Source of the DNA: a virus
Taxonomy: Duplodnaviria; Caudoviricetes
Virus record (IMG/VR): IMGVR_UViG_3300037424_001076
Coordinates: 17,928-81,927 of that record
DNA length: 64,000 bases
Direction: 5' to 3' (one strand)
Part shown: positions 38,516-48,247 of the stretch, piece by piece
How the letters are laid out: each line of letters begins with the position of its first letter
Numbering within the stretch: the stretch's first letter is position 1
Position numbers and translations under genes: made by a program
Notes under the pieces: model-generated
What the model was told of the DNA's origin: nothing
The model's input: only the letters and a program-made list of their open reading frames with translations
The model's database searches: none

Positions 38516-39421
38516 TCACCCCTTTGGTTTGGAAAATTCATCTAATTTGACCGGATTTCCAAGTCTCATAATATATTCCACATCATGCAATGCTCCCAAT
38601 AAATTCTGTTCTGCTTGTAACTGGTGGTTCGATTGTTCTTGGAATGAAATCCTTTGTCTTCTTGTACCCTCAACTCTTTCTATGAGTTCAATTCGCCGGG
38701 CCTCTAGCTTTTGCATGTATGCTGTCGCATCATCATAGCCATATAAATAAGGAGTCAATAATAAATCTGAAACTGGTGGTTTATAAATCTTGATTCCTTT
38801 TCCTCTTGCCCAGCCTAAAAAGAATTCACAACTTGGTCTTTGATGCTGAAATTCTTGATCTTGTGCCATATTAACCCCATAGACTTGAATATCTTTATAT
38901 CCCATCTTGATCGCAAGAGCTATCATCCAAGAAATAGTATTTGTGAAATAAACTCTAGTTCTAACATCAGGTTGATCAAGTGCCATATCATCCCCGAAAA
39001 TATCAAATTCCTCAAGCACTTCCTTTAATGGATATTCAATAGAATTCGGTATATTTGGATGCTTGCGCCACATTACTATTGGGCATTTTAAATATGATAA
39101 ATTCCTAACTTGTTGTGTGTCTCTGATCGTAGGTGGTTCATACCCATGAAGTTGAAACCATGCAGTAGCTCGGATAGCAATTTTCGGTTTATCCATATAC
39201 AATTCATTAAGCGCCCAGATATCAATATTATTAGCATCTAATGGGGCATATTTTAAACTATCTGGCGCAAATCCCAGAATCATAACACTATCTGAATATC
39301 TTTTGAATTCCAATATTTCTTCTTTAATAGCTACATATTTTGACACATCACATGGTGGTTCTACTGCCACATTAGAAATTTCTACCGTCTCGATATTTTC
39401 TTTAACTTGGTTTTCACTCAT
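38516..39421 (-). CDS. Hypothetical protein, possible glycosyltransferase-like Rossmann fold
   Basis: ILGFA..W.LN..TISWMIALAI..GY..I.VYGV.M; weak resemblance to sialyltransferase/MptE-like domains. Confidence 0.45.
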   Translation of the reverse strand: MSENQVKENIETVEISNVAVEPPCDVSKYVAIKEEILEFKRYSDSVMILGFAPDSLKYAPLDANNIDIWALNELYMDKPKIAIRATAWFQLHGYEPPTIRDTQQVRNLSYLKCPIVMWRKHPNIPNSIEYPLKEVLEEFDIFGDDMALDQPDVRTRVYFTNTISWMIALAIKMGYKDIQVYGVNMAQDQEFQHQRPSCEFFLGWARGKGIKIYKPPVSDLLLTPYLYGYDDATAYMQKLEARRIELIERVEGTRRQRISFQEQSNHQLQAEQNLLGALHDVEYIMRLGNPVKLDEFSKPKG

Positions 39422-39507
39422 AAATTAATTGGGCATCTCCCCCCTAAGGATTGCCCTGTCCCTCCCTTTATTATCTTTTTAAACTAACCAGAATACCAAA
39501 CCACGGA

Positions 39508-40641
39508 TTAAGATGACCCGAATGCTGCAAATTGACTGTTATAAACTAACCATGTAGTCGTCGATGCACTTACCATCGAAACTGCTTCTCTTGCAGTATT
39601 GAATGTGATTTTTCTGCCTGTTGATCCTTGGGATGAAGAGAAAACTGTCTTTGTCGATGCTGGCACTATAAAAGTTCTTGCAGTAGTACCAACTTGACTG
39701 AGTACAAAGATTGTTTTAACAAATCCGGCTGCTGTCGGATCTGCTAAAGTCCATGTTACTTGGGTTGTATTTGCTTGGGCCAATGACGTAAAACCCTTAT
39801 TTGTTATAGCAGTCCCAACTGTAGTCGTTGTTTTAGCAAGATAAGAATCAATAAATCCTCCACCTTGTACAAAACCAGTAGCTACGAAATTAGAACTTGC
39901 TGTCACATGAGCACCCGAAAGATTACTAGATGCACTCACTGACTGACCAGAAATATCACTAGTTGCTGTCAATTTAATGACTGTAGCCGTACCATCTGAA
40001 TCAATCGTTGCCACCGTGCTATTCGCTGAGTCCTTAATAAAGAATTTTTTAACACCTAAGGCATCACCTAAAGTGATCTTTACATTCCCACCAGTAGGGA
40101 TCATTTTTATATCTGATGTTCCAGATACTACAAAATCATCCGTGTTAATTGTCAAGTTCACACTAGAAAGATTACTTGTCGCACTTACCGATTGACCAGA
40201 AATGTCACTACTTGCTGTTAGCTTAATGACTGTAGCTGTACCATCAGAATCAATCGTTGCCACCGTACTATTAGCTGAATCTTTGATGAAGAATTTTCTC
40301 GCCCCGGCTGCATCCCCTAATGTAATCTTCACATCTCCACCAGTTGGTTTCATGGTTATATCAGACGTTGCAGTAACGACAAAATCATCCGTATTAACAG
40401 CAAAGCTTCCAGTTACATCAAAATCACTTGTGGCAGCAAGACCAGTAAAACTTGCAACTCCAAGAGAATTAATACTAGCAACTTCGACTGTTGAAGCATT
40501 TAATATGCTTACTTTTGTAACCCCAGCCGTGGAACGCAATTGCAAATTAATATCTCCATCTGAAAACAAATAGCTATCAGTTGATGGAAGATTTCTGAGC
40601 ATATTCGAATAGATTGGTCTTTTAATATACTCATTACCCAC
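39508..40641 (-). CDS. Ser/Thr-rich virion structural (head fibre-like) protein with 83-aa tandem duplication
   Basis: 249-bp internal repeat (e.g. 40132 vs 40381); C-terminal domain paralogous to 40686..41072. Confidence 0.65.
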   Translation of the reverse strand: MGNEYIKRPIYSNMLRNLPSTDSYLFSDGDINLQLRSTAGVTKVSILNASTVEVASINSLGVASFTGLAATSDFDVTGSFAVNTDDFVVTATSDITMKPTGGDVKITLGDAAGARKFFIKDSANSTVATIDSDGTATVIKLTASSDISGQSVSATSNLSSVNLTINTDDFVVSGTSDIKMIPTGGNVKITLGDALGVKKFFIKDSANSTVATIDSDGTATVIKLTATSDISGQSVSASSNLSGAHVTASSNFVATGFVQGGGFIDSYLAKTTTTVGTAITNKGFTSLAQANTTQVTWTLADPTAAGFVKTIFVLSQVGTTARTFIVPASTKTVFSSSQGSTGRKITFNTAREAVSMVSASTTTWLVYNSQFAAFGSS

Positions 40642-40685
40642 GTTATATTTCTCCTCCTTTCCTCAATATTAGTAAATAAATTTTA

Positions 40686-41072
40686 TTACGTCGTACCAAA
40701 TGTGCTTGATAAATTCGAAACGACTTGGTACTTTGTCGCTGATACAGCAATTAATTGAACAACCTCACCCGGCGCACTAAATGCTATAACTCTTCCTGTG
40801 CTGGATGACGTTGATCCATAGAAAATCGTCGTGGTATTCGGAATCACTTTATAGATCGAAGACGAACCAGATTGCACTAATGCGATAATAGTCTTGTCTG
40901 CTCCAGGAAAGAGTGGTGGATCAATATTAAATGTTAATGTCCCCGGTTTAGTAGATGACAAAGTAGTAACACCATATCCAAGAATAGTTGTCGCTGTGCT
41001 TGTTATCGCCTGAATTCTATATCTCTCATCGAATGTTTTCATAGCCGGACGTTGTTCTTTTTCAAACCCCAT
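40686..41072 (-). CDS. Head-associated structural protein
   Basis: Follows MCP; similar to C-terminus of 39508..40641. Confidence 0.6.
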   Translation of the reverse strand: MGFEKEQRPAMKTFDERYRIQAITSTATTILGYGVTTLSSTKPGTLTFNIDPPLFPGADKTIIALVQSGSSSIYKVIPNTTTIFYGSTSSSTGRVIAFSAPGEVVQLIAVSATKYQVVSNLSSTFGTT

Positions 41073-41103
41073 CTTCGGATTTCACCTCCCTTAGAAATAA
41101 ACA

Positions 41104-41149
41104 TGGAAACAAAAATGACCCTAACTTATTATGGTTCGGGTCATTTCCA
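41104..41149 (-). terminator. Hairpin after the major capsid gene
   Basis: AAATGACCC...GGGTCATTT inverted repeat. Confidence 0.55.
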
Positions 41150-41166
41150 TTTCTCTTAATATATGC

Positions 41167-42150
41167 TTAAGCTATAGCTGCCGAGAAGAAAACACCGAGA
41201 TCCGCTCCAATAACTTTCATAGACCATGCAGATTCACCCTCAATACGATTAGCTGCATTTACTTCTACACGGAAATTCTTGATTCTTACGCCTTCCGCTC
41301 CTGCTCCGAATAGACCCTGCCAAGTAAACAAATATCCAGCCGAAGGTTGATAAAGGCCCGGCGCTGGTGCTGAATACCCAAGGAAAGCATTCTTCCCATA
41401 GACAAACGCATAACTTGCTGTAGCATTTTCATTAGCTGTATTCTGCACAGCTCTTGGTACAAGCACACGCTCAACATCAAATAAAACTGCCAAGATATCT
41501 TCCGTGATAACTCCTTTTTGGGTATATTTAACACGGTCAAGAATATCTGGGTGATTCTTTAATGTGGTGTAAACTTCTGGCCCAAGAACTAAACAATTAG
41601 GTCTATATCCAGTTTTCCTAGAAATACTATCAGCTTGATTAGTGATATCCTCGATAGGAGTACTAACAATATTATCCCATTGGGTAAAATCTACAGTACC
41701 GACTAAATCCGTACCCGTGGTAGATCCAGTCCATAAACCAGTTGTGAAGAAATGACTGACCCATTCAACCTCTCGTTTAAGAAGGAGTTGCTGGGTTACA
41801 TAAACTGTGTGGGATCTTTCAAGTTGAAGAGGCTGATCGGCATTAGCACGAGTCTGATCATCAAGATCCGCATGGTATCCTAATACATCGCAGTTATAAT
41901 TGTCCGTACTCAATCTATAACCACCACCCGCAGTTTCAGCACCCGGCGCTCTTACCTGAGCCTCATTTCTGAAAAAATCAGCCTGTGAAAAAATAAAATA
42001 CCTATCACTCTTATTGGTAACAGGTACGATCGGGAATACCTTATTTGCGACAAAATTTCGCTCTGTGTCCTGAATATACGCAATTGAAATGTTAGTTAAT
42101 GCTCTGTCAACATGAACGTCACTAAGCGTTGGGTTCGGCAAAGCGCTCAC
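41167..42150 (-). CDS. Major capsid protein (HK97 fold, lambda E-like family)
   Basis: VD..LTNISIAY..FVA.KVFP.VPV..RPN.LVLG..V...LK.HP.I..R..Y. Confidence 0.9.
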   Translation of the reverse strand: MSALPNPTLSDVHVDRALTNISIAYIQDTERNFVANKVFPIVPVTNKSDRYFIFSQADFFRNEAQVRAPGAETAGGGYRLSTDNYNCDVLGYHADLDDQTRANADQPLQLERSHTVYVTQQLLLKREVEWVSHFFTTGLWTGSTTGTDLVGTVDFTQWDNIVSTPIEDITNQADSISRKTGYRPNCLVLGPEVYTTLKNHPDILDRVKYTQKGVITEDILAVLFDVERVLVPRAVQNTANENATASYAFVYGKNAFLGYSAPAPGLYQPSAGYLFTWQGLFGAGAEGVRIKNFRVEVNAANRIEGESAWSMKVIGADLGVFFSAAIA

Positions 42151-42357
42151 TCCTTTTTTAGTTATTTACTTTGAATTACTTCCAATTACTCATATTTGCT
42201 ACCAAATACAATAATTGATGTTCATGTGGGAAAATAGAAAAATCCCCCTAAAAATTGACATGCAAAAAGCACGGTCTTTACTGGGGGGGATTCAGTAATT
42301 TTAAGGCTCACACCCTAGACCGTGCTAAATCTTTAAATTTTAAAGCGACATAAAAAA

Positions 42358-42756
42358 TTAGGTTGTTATTCCAAGCGAAGCAAAACTTACAGTAATAATA
42401 TCCGATGAAGATGCTGCAGTTTCTAATACTGGCCCATACATAATAGATCTTGCAGAAGGAATCGTTTGAGTACTATACGCTAAACCATTCCCTCTAATAA
42501 AGAAGTTCTTTCCAACATTTATAGAACTTCCAGCAATAATTTTAGAAATACAACCTTGAGGCCAAATTTCTCCTGCATCACCATTACCCGGATTATTTTG
42601 AAGAATTCCAACCGCATTTCTATGCCCAATAGTTGTCCCGAGAATTACGAAATTGCCTTCCGTAGCAGTTGAAGCGAATACAGCTTTATACTGACTTGTG
42701 GTGTAACTGCTAGATGCAATAAGAGAAAAGCTCAAATTCTTGATATCATAAGCCAT
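42358..42756 (-). CDS. Capsid cement/decoration protein
   Basis: AVGILQN.P..G..G...LE.A....D.ITV; located upstream of MCP. Confidence 0.7.
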   Translation of the reverse strand: MAYDIKNLSFSLIASSSYTTSQYKAVFASTATEGNFVILGTTIGHRNAVGILQNNPGNGDAGEIWPQGCISKIIAGSSINVGKNFFIRGNGLAYSTQTIPSARSIMYGPVLETAASSSDIITVSFASLGITT

Positions 42757-43649
42757 TATTTTCCGCTCCTTTCTCTAATATACTCTTCATAGAGTTGTGG
42801 ATTTTCAGCAAGGACTCTATCGATTGCTTGTGCCATCGTTCTCCCATCACCTTTAGCAACATAACTCTTGGCTAATTCTTCAATCTTAGCCCAAGAACTA
42901 TCGTTGTTACTAACTGCATCAGATCCAATTTCCTTAAACAAATCCGACTTTTCAATCTTAGCATTGGCATCTTTTAATGATGTTTCGACTTGTAAACCAT
43001 ACTCTGCCGAAACTTCATATGCTTTCTTCAAAATGCCACCTACTGCTTCGGCAGTTCCAATGTTAGGGAAATTTGCTCCTCGTTCTTGATACTCTTTAGT
43101 GATTCTGATTTCTCGCTCTGCCTTGAGTATAGCTTCCAATTCATCAGCTTTCTTGATCGCAGATTCATGCTCTTTCCAAAGCATCTGAACAAGTTCGCGG
43201 GATTCTTCTGGAATAGCATCAATGTCCAAAGAACCATCTTCCTTCTTCATCCTCTTTTTCTCTGCAACGAGAGGTTGTTTAGGCATTTCTTTTCCTCCTT
43301 TTGGATTTGCTGGTTTTTCCATTTCTTCATCTTCCATTTCACCATAACCAGCCATACTAATTAATTTTTCCATGAAACCCTTCGGCATCTCTTCCTTATA
43401 TGCCGTCATTAATTTGAGTGCTCCCTTTGCAGCATCACATGCTTTTTCACTCAATTTCATTTTTTTTAGGATATTCTCAATACCCTCAGAATTATCTAGG
43501 TCAATATCCAATTCATTGAGTGATTTTAAAACATCATTTAAGACTTCCAAGGTATTACCTCCTTCTTGTTTTAAGAGTAAAAACATACGTTCGTTAGCTG
43601 GTTTATTAACCAGCGATACTTCCTCGACATTTAACCCTTTGAGTTCCAT
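42756..43649 (-). CDS. Prohead scaffold / protease-associated protein
   Basis: L.VEEVSLV.KPAN...F motif then charged coiled coil. Confidence 0.7.
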   Translation of the reverse strand: MELKGLNVEEVSLVNKPANERMFLLLKQEGGNTLEVLNDVLKSLNELDIDLDNSEGIENILKKMKLSEKACDAAKGALKLMTAYKEEMPKGFMEKLISMAGYGEMEDEEMEKPANPKGGKEMPKQPLVAEKKRMKKEDGSLDIDAIPEESRELVQMLWKEHESAIKKADELEAILKAEREIRITKEYQERGANFPNIGTAEAVGGILKKAYEVSAEYGLQVETSLKDANAKIEKSDLFKEIGSDAVSNNDSSWAKIEELAKSYVAKGDGRTMAQAIDRVLAENPQLYEEYIRERSGK

Positions 43650-43672
43650 GATGTTAATTTTGTGTCACCACC

Positions 43673-45133
43673 TTAATTGACTGGTTTATCTACAGGGATT
43701 CTTTTAGAAAATCCTCCTATTGAAAAACCAGTTAATTTTTTTTCTTTCACACCTTGCCACATTTTTTCATCATTGATTTTGACGACCATTATCCATGTAC
43801 CCTTTGTTACATTTTGACTACCAAATGTAAAATCTAAAGGTGCAAGATAACTTTCAACGACATTCGCCTTAGCCTTAGCTTTGTGTGATTCCCCAATAAC
43901 TCTAGAATCCTGTAAATAAACGTGTGCAGCTTTCTCTATTTCTTCGGCTCCTATCGTGTCATTTTGGGCATCGACACTTCCCGGTTCTAAAACTATGCCA
44001 TATACAAGTTGCTTTTCTACATCAGCCTTGATTATATCGGCATAGATTACTTCATCTTTTTGATCATTAGGCTTAACCTTCTTCGGCCTCTTCCAATTAG
44101 TAGAATTTATATGGACATCACCCACACTTGGCAATCCCTTATTAATTTCCTCAAGTTTAATTTTGATCTGTTTAAGTTTTCTTCCAACTTCACCAGAATC
44201 ACTGAACCTTCGGATTGCCATAGGATGAGGTAAAACAAAATCAACATCTTCGCCAAGACCTTTTTTTGCTCTCTGTCCTAATGCAACAATAACTTTTGGA
44301 TTTGCTCTTTCTAATTCCTTTTCTAACCACTCATTCCAATCATCAACCTCAATATCTGTCGGCTCCCTAACATTACCCAATTTGTCAATTAACAACATCG
44401 GGACAGCATTAGTTAAAAATACATCCTCCCGGCTCAACCCTAATGGTTTAATATATAATTCATTAAAGGTTTCTCCGCACGGCCCAACGAATGCCTCTCC
44501 TCTCAAATATTCAATTTTACCCGGTGAAGCACCGACAAAAGCTATTTCAGAATTTGCCTTGCCCGAACTTTTAACCATCGGCACGAATTTATCATTTTTC
44601 TCAACTACCGGAATTCCCTTCTGGAATGGACTGATTAACTTTTCATCATCCCACATTTCCCTCATCTTCGCATAATATCTGTCAATGTGATCCTTCATTC
44701 CTTGTAAATCTTCCTTTGGAACATTTATTTGTGATGCTCCTCCAGCCAATCTAGCCCCACTAAGTACTCCTGCTGCAGCAAATATTCCCCTCGGTATTGC
44801 CATTAATTTCCCATCAATCACATTTGCAATTGGGAATTTATATCCACCAAAAGTTTCCTTATTTTCATCATCAACCCATAAGAATCCTTGGCTAAATTTA
44901 CCCCAATTTATATCTTCCTTATCATCTCCCCCCGCCCACTCCCTAATATTTTTTTCCGCCTCTGATCCATCCCACTCCATTTTCCTATCTGCAAGAGGTA
45001 AATCCTTGAATGGTGTTACACCCTTAATTATTTCTTCTGGAACTGCTATTTCATGAATCTTATCAAACGTTTCTTTTGGTATAAATTTTTTGAGAGTATC
45101 CAAAACTACATCCAAATACTCCTGAACTTGCAT
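43673..45133 (-). CDS. Fusion: head-morphogenesis domain + uracil-DNA glycosylase-like domain + XkdF-like putative prohead serine protease
   Basis: FVGASPG..E..GEAFVG..G..VFLTNAV..P..IVALG..HP (UDG family 4-like); QLVYGIVLEP...DAQND...EIEKAAH..GTW...TGFSIGG (XkdF). Confidence 0.8.
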   Translation of the reverse strand: MQVQEYLDVVLDTLKKFIPKETFDKIHEIAVPEEIIKGVTPFKDLPLADRKMEWDGSEAEKNIREWAGGDDKEDINWGKFSQGFLWVDDENKETFGGYKFPIANVIDGKLMAIPRGIFAAAGVLSGARLAGGASQINVPKEDLQGMKDHIDRYYAKMREMWDDEKLISPFQKGIPVVEKNDKFVPMVKSSGKANSEIAFVGASPGKIEYLRGEAFVGPCGETFNELYIKPLGLSREDVFLTNAVPMLLIDKLGNVREPTDIEVDDWNEWLEKELERANPKVIVALGQRAKKGLGEDVDFVLPHPMAIRRFSDSGEVGRKLKQIKIKLEEINKGLPSVGDVHINSTNWKRPKKVKPNDQKDEVIYADIIKADVEKQLVYGIVLEPGSVDAQNDTIGAEEIEKAAHVYLQDSRVIGESHKAKAKANVVESYLAPLDFTFGSQNVTKGTWIMVVKINDEKMWQGVKEKKLTGFSIGGFSKRIPVDKPVN

Positions 45134-45195
45134 TTCATAAATCTCTCCTTCCTCTCAAAAACAATAAAAAGCGCCGACGATCCCAATACATTTTT

Positions 45196-45447
45196 TTAAA
45201 TTAATGCACTGGTCGTCGGCGCGACTCTCAATTCCGCAAGATGGATATACTTGCACTTATTACATTTTATCTGGGCCTTACCCTCAATAAACCCTAACAG
45301 ATGATTGCATATTGGACACCTAACTGGCACTAAATTAATTGTGCTAGGATGTATGATTGGTTTTCTTAACAATTCCTCTACCGTCATTAAAATCTCAAAT
45401 CTACTAAATGAAGAATTACATACTACATTATTTTCTGGGCTACTCAT
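45196..45447 (-). CDS. Com-like zinc-ribbon protein
   Basis: VRCPICNHLL.....QIKCNKC. Confidence 0.65.
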   Translation of the reverse strand: MSSPENNVVCNSSFSRFEILMTVEELLRKPIIHPSTINLVPVRCPICNHLLGFIEGKAQIKCNKCKYIHLAELRVAPTTSALI

Positions 45448-45731
45448 GCATTTTTCTCTTCTTCCATCATCCTTCTCTCATTGGCTCTTAATCTATTCGC
45501 CTCTCCTCCACGCATATGTCTCTCATTACGATTCAAATCAATGATTTTATAAACTTCCTCATAAAGTTCCAAATCAATATCCTTTAGATATTTATGAATA
45601 TCTCGATGCACCGTACTCTTACTTACTCCAAATTCATCTGCTGCTCTCCTAATAGTTGTTTCATTCTTGATAATATACCGTGCTACATCCACGGCTCTTT
45701 TCTGAATTAAATCATGTAATATCGTACTCAT
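45444..45731 (-). CDS. spoIIID: Sporulation transcription regulator SpoIIID homolog
   Basis: RAV..A.YII....T.R.AA.EFGVSKSTVH.D....L...N..ERH.RGGEA. Confidence 0.9.
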   Translation of the reverse strand: MSTILHDLIQKRAVDVARYIIKNETTIRRAADEFGVSKSTVHRDIHKYLKDIDLELYEEVYKIIDLNRNERHMRGGEANRLRANERRMMEEEKNA

Positions 45732-45766
45732 TAGAAATTGGCTCCCCCCTAATTTCTAAATATTTT

Positions 45767-46696
45767 TTAATCGAAAACTAGACCCAAGGCACAACGGCAA
45801 GAAGGGTGAAGTGTTGGCGTTAAGGATGTATAACTTTTACCACCGATTGATGCTGTCCCAAACTCTTCCTCTAGCCCAACTAATTGACCATTAAGACTTT
45901 TACACCATTGACACAATCGATCGTCAGGAGTCGTAATCCATCTCCTTCTAGCTGTGACTCTACTAATCAAACCCTTATCTGCCGTTTGCACCCATAACGA
46001 CTGTTGACCCCTATTTGCTGCTGTTATCGTTTCAGTTCTGCTTATATTCTTCGACCGATAAACCAATAAACGTTTTGTATATGATTTTAACTGCTTTTCA
46101 ATTACATTCGCTGATGCTCCTTGTTTGATAAGCAACTTCCTTAAATTATCCACTGCAAGACCTTGTCGCTCAGTTAACCCAACTATTTGTCTAATGTATT
46201 TTGCAGATTCATATGGGTGCATCCCTTCGACAAACGCCCGATTAATAATTGCCCTAACCGCTTTCCTAGACTCCTCCGTTATCTCTACAATCAATTTCCC
46301 TGTATGATCTTTGATATAATCTAATGATTTAGGATTCAAAGTATTAAAACTTGCTTGAAGTTCTATCTTTTTCGGCAGAAAAGTAATTGACTTCTTACCC
46401 GCTCTATCGAAAATCTGCTTAAACACTACTGCCAATTGACCGAGTTCAATTGAAAAATTATCCCATGGTATCAATTCAACCGCACCATTAATATCTCCCA
46501 TAGTTATGGCTTGTTCCACATTCTTTAAAACGATCGCTCCCTGTGTTCTAGCTACAGCTTTTAAAAATGCATCCACCATTTCATGTTTCGCTTGATCCGC
46601 TATACCATGAATTGATCTCCATTCAAGTTCATGAGGTAACGCCTCTTTATAAAGATCTATGATTTTTGGTTCTCTGACTCTAAACATGGCAATCAA
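45767..46696 (-). CDS. Minor head protein (MuF/SPP1 gp7-like)
   Basis: R.KNISRTET..A.N.G..W....D.R.C..C..LNG..HP.CRC. Confidence 0.88.
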   Translation of the reverse strand: MIAMFRVREPKIIDLYKEALPHELEWRSIHGIADQAKHEMVDAFLKAVARTQGAIVLKNVEQAITMGDINGAVELIPWDNFSIELGQLAVVFKQIFDRAGKKSITFLPKKIELQASFNTLNPKSLDYIKDHTGKLIVEITEESRKAVRAIINRAFVEGMHPYESAKYIRQIVGLTERQGLAVDNLRKLLIKQGASANVIEKQLKSYTKRLLVYRSKNISRTETITAANRGQQSLWVQTADKGLISRVTARRRWITTPDDRLCQWCKSLNGQLVGLEEEFGTASIGGKSYTSLTPTLHPSCRCALGLVFD

Positions 46697-48015
46697 TCCT
46701 TAGCCGATACTGGTAATCCTGCTGTCTTTTTCAAGAAATCTTCAAGTTCATTGTCAGGGAATAACGGTGCTCCTGCCCCTGCAAGTTTTGAAATATATTC
46801 CCCTAACTCCTTCAAATCTGCGCTCTCAATATCCCCATGTTCTAAAGTGGGCAATTTTTCTACATCGAAATTATTCAACGCAAATAATCTCGGGATTGCA
46901 TAACGATTAAATGTCGCAGCAATAGAATCCAGCCATGTTCCCAAAGCAGTACTAAATAATTTTGTTTTATCAGAACTGAGTGCATAAGATCCATTAGGCG
47001 TAGCAGTACCTAATAATATGAAGTCCGCCATAACCGTCATTGCTAATCTTTGGTCAAGACGAGTTATAATTTGATTGGTATCAAAATTTCTTCGACCACC
47101 ACTTGTCAATAACTCAAGTCTCACCAATTGATTATTCTGCTCATCATAAATAGCAGGGAGCACAGCACCCTCTTGCTCATCTCTACGAATATTTGTGACG
47201 AGTTTTTTCATAGCTGCATATGCAGCCTTTTCCCCAGCCGTGGCATTTACATCCGTCCACTCCACCGGAACATAAACCACTGGATAACCCGCCAGTTCTC
47301 TTTCCACTCCGATCGCCTCATAAGTTTCAATACGCTTTTTGATATACCATGTCCTATATGCGACCCTCAGAATGGATCTTCCTTCTGGGTTATTCTTATG
47401 AATACCAGTTCTGAATAATAATGCCTTTTCGATAGGTATTGTTCGGTACTGATAATCGGGCGGGGGAAGTTGAATCATCCCTTGAATTCCACCACCCTCA
47501 TCAAATAACCAACGCCACAAAGTTTCTTGCGCTCTGATCGGCATCTTTCTCCAACCGATTCTGCCATCTGTGAATCTACTTTTCTTAGTAGGATCTCTGT
47601 TTTCACCGAATCTTCTTTTATATACAATCTCATGATAAGAAAAACCATAAATCAGAAATGACATGATCTCAGAAATCGTATCTTCCCATGTACTCGACAT
47701 ATCAAGTAAACATGATTCAAGGAAAACTTTTGCTTCCTCATCTTTTAGTTCTGAACCTCCGGCCTGAACTCTCCACGGAACTTGTCTAATAAGCATGTCG
47801 ATAACGAACAAAATAGCGCCAATAACGCTATCATTTTCTGACATCTCTTTATAAACTCTAACTCTCGTATCAAAACTAGAAAGCTGTTTTAATTGTTCCT
47901 CATATACATATCCTGAATACTCTATTAAGCCAGTTCTTCCGAGTTCCCTTGTTGCAATTTGCGGAGTGATTATTTGTTTCTCCTTTACTTCATTTGGGTC
48001 TTTGGCTGATGCCAT
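46693..48015 (-). CDS. Portal protein (DUF935/Mu gp29-like)
   Basis: ELG.TG..YGFS.HEIVY..NPEG.SILR.AY..W..K. Confidence 0.88.
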   Translation of the reverse strand: MASAKDPNEVKEKQIITPQIATRELGRTGLIEYSGYVYEEQLKQLSSFDTRVRVYKEMSENDSVIGAILFVIDMLIRQVPWRVQAGGSELKDEEAKVFLESCLLDMSSTWEDTISEIMSFLIYGFSYHEIVYKRRFGENRDPTKKSRFTDGRIGWRKMPIRAQETLWRWLFDEGGGIQGMIQLPPPDYQYRTIPIEKALLFRTGIHKNNPEGRSILRVAYRTWYIKKRIETYEAIGVERELAGYPVVYVPVEWTDVNATAGEKAAYAAMKKLVTNIRRDEQEGAVLPAIYDEQNNQLVRLELLTSGGRRNFDTNQIITRLDQRLAMTVMADFILLGTATPNGSYALSSDKTKLFSTALGTWLDSIAATFNRYAIPRLFALNNFDVEKLPTLEHGDIESADLKELGEYISKLAGAGAPLFPDNELEDFLKKTAGLPVSAKD

Positions 48016-48209
48016 CCATTATTCGCCTCCTTCTTCCGAAGGCAGAAATTAAATGATTCTCTTAGAGTCCAAGGTATAGATTCAGCTATTCGCTTAACGA
48101 CCCAAAATTCTAGACCGTTTTGCCGACACTCTGCTTCTATATTTTGCTCTTCCCATACTTTCTTTGCCATTGCTTCATAGTGTTCTGCAAGCCTACCCAT
48201 TACTATCAC
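47985..48209 (-). CDS. Hypothetical protein
   Basis: Co-oriented ORF between terL and portal. Confidence 0.5.
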   Translation of the reverse strand: MIVMGRLAEHYEAMAKKVWEEQNIEAECRQNGLEFWVVKRIAESIPWTLRESFNFCLRKKEANNGWHQPKTQMK

Positions 48210-48247
48210 CCCTCTCTAATAAAATAAAATAATCTCATTAGCCTTTT

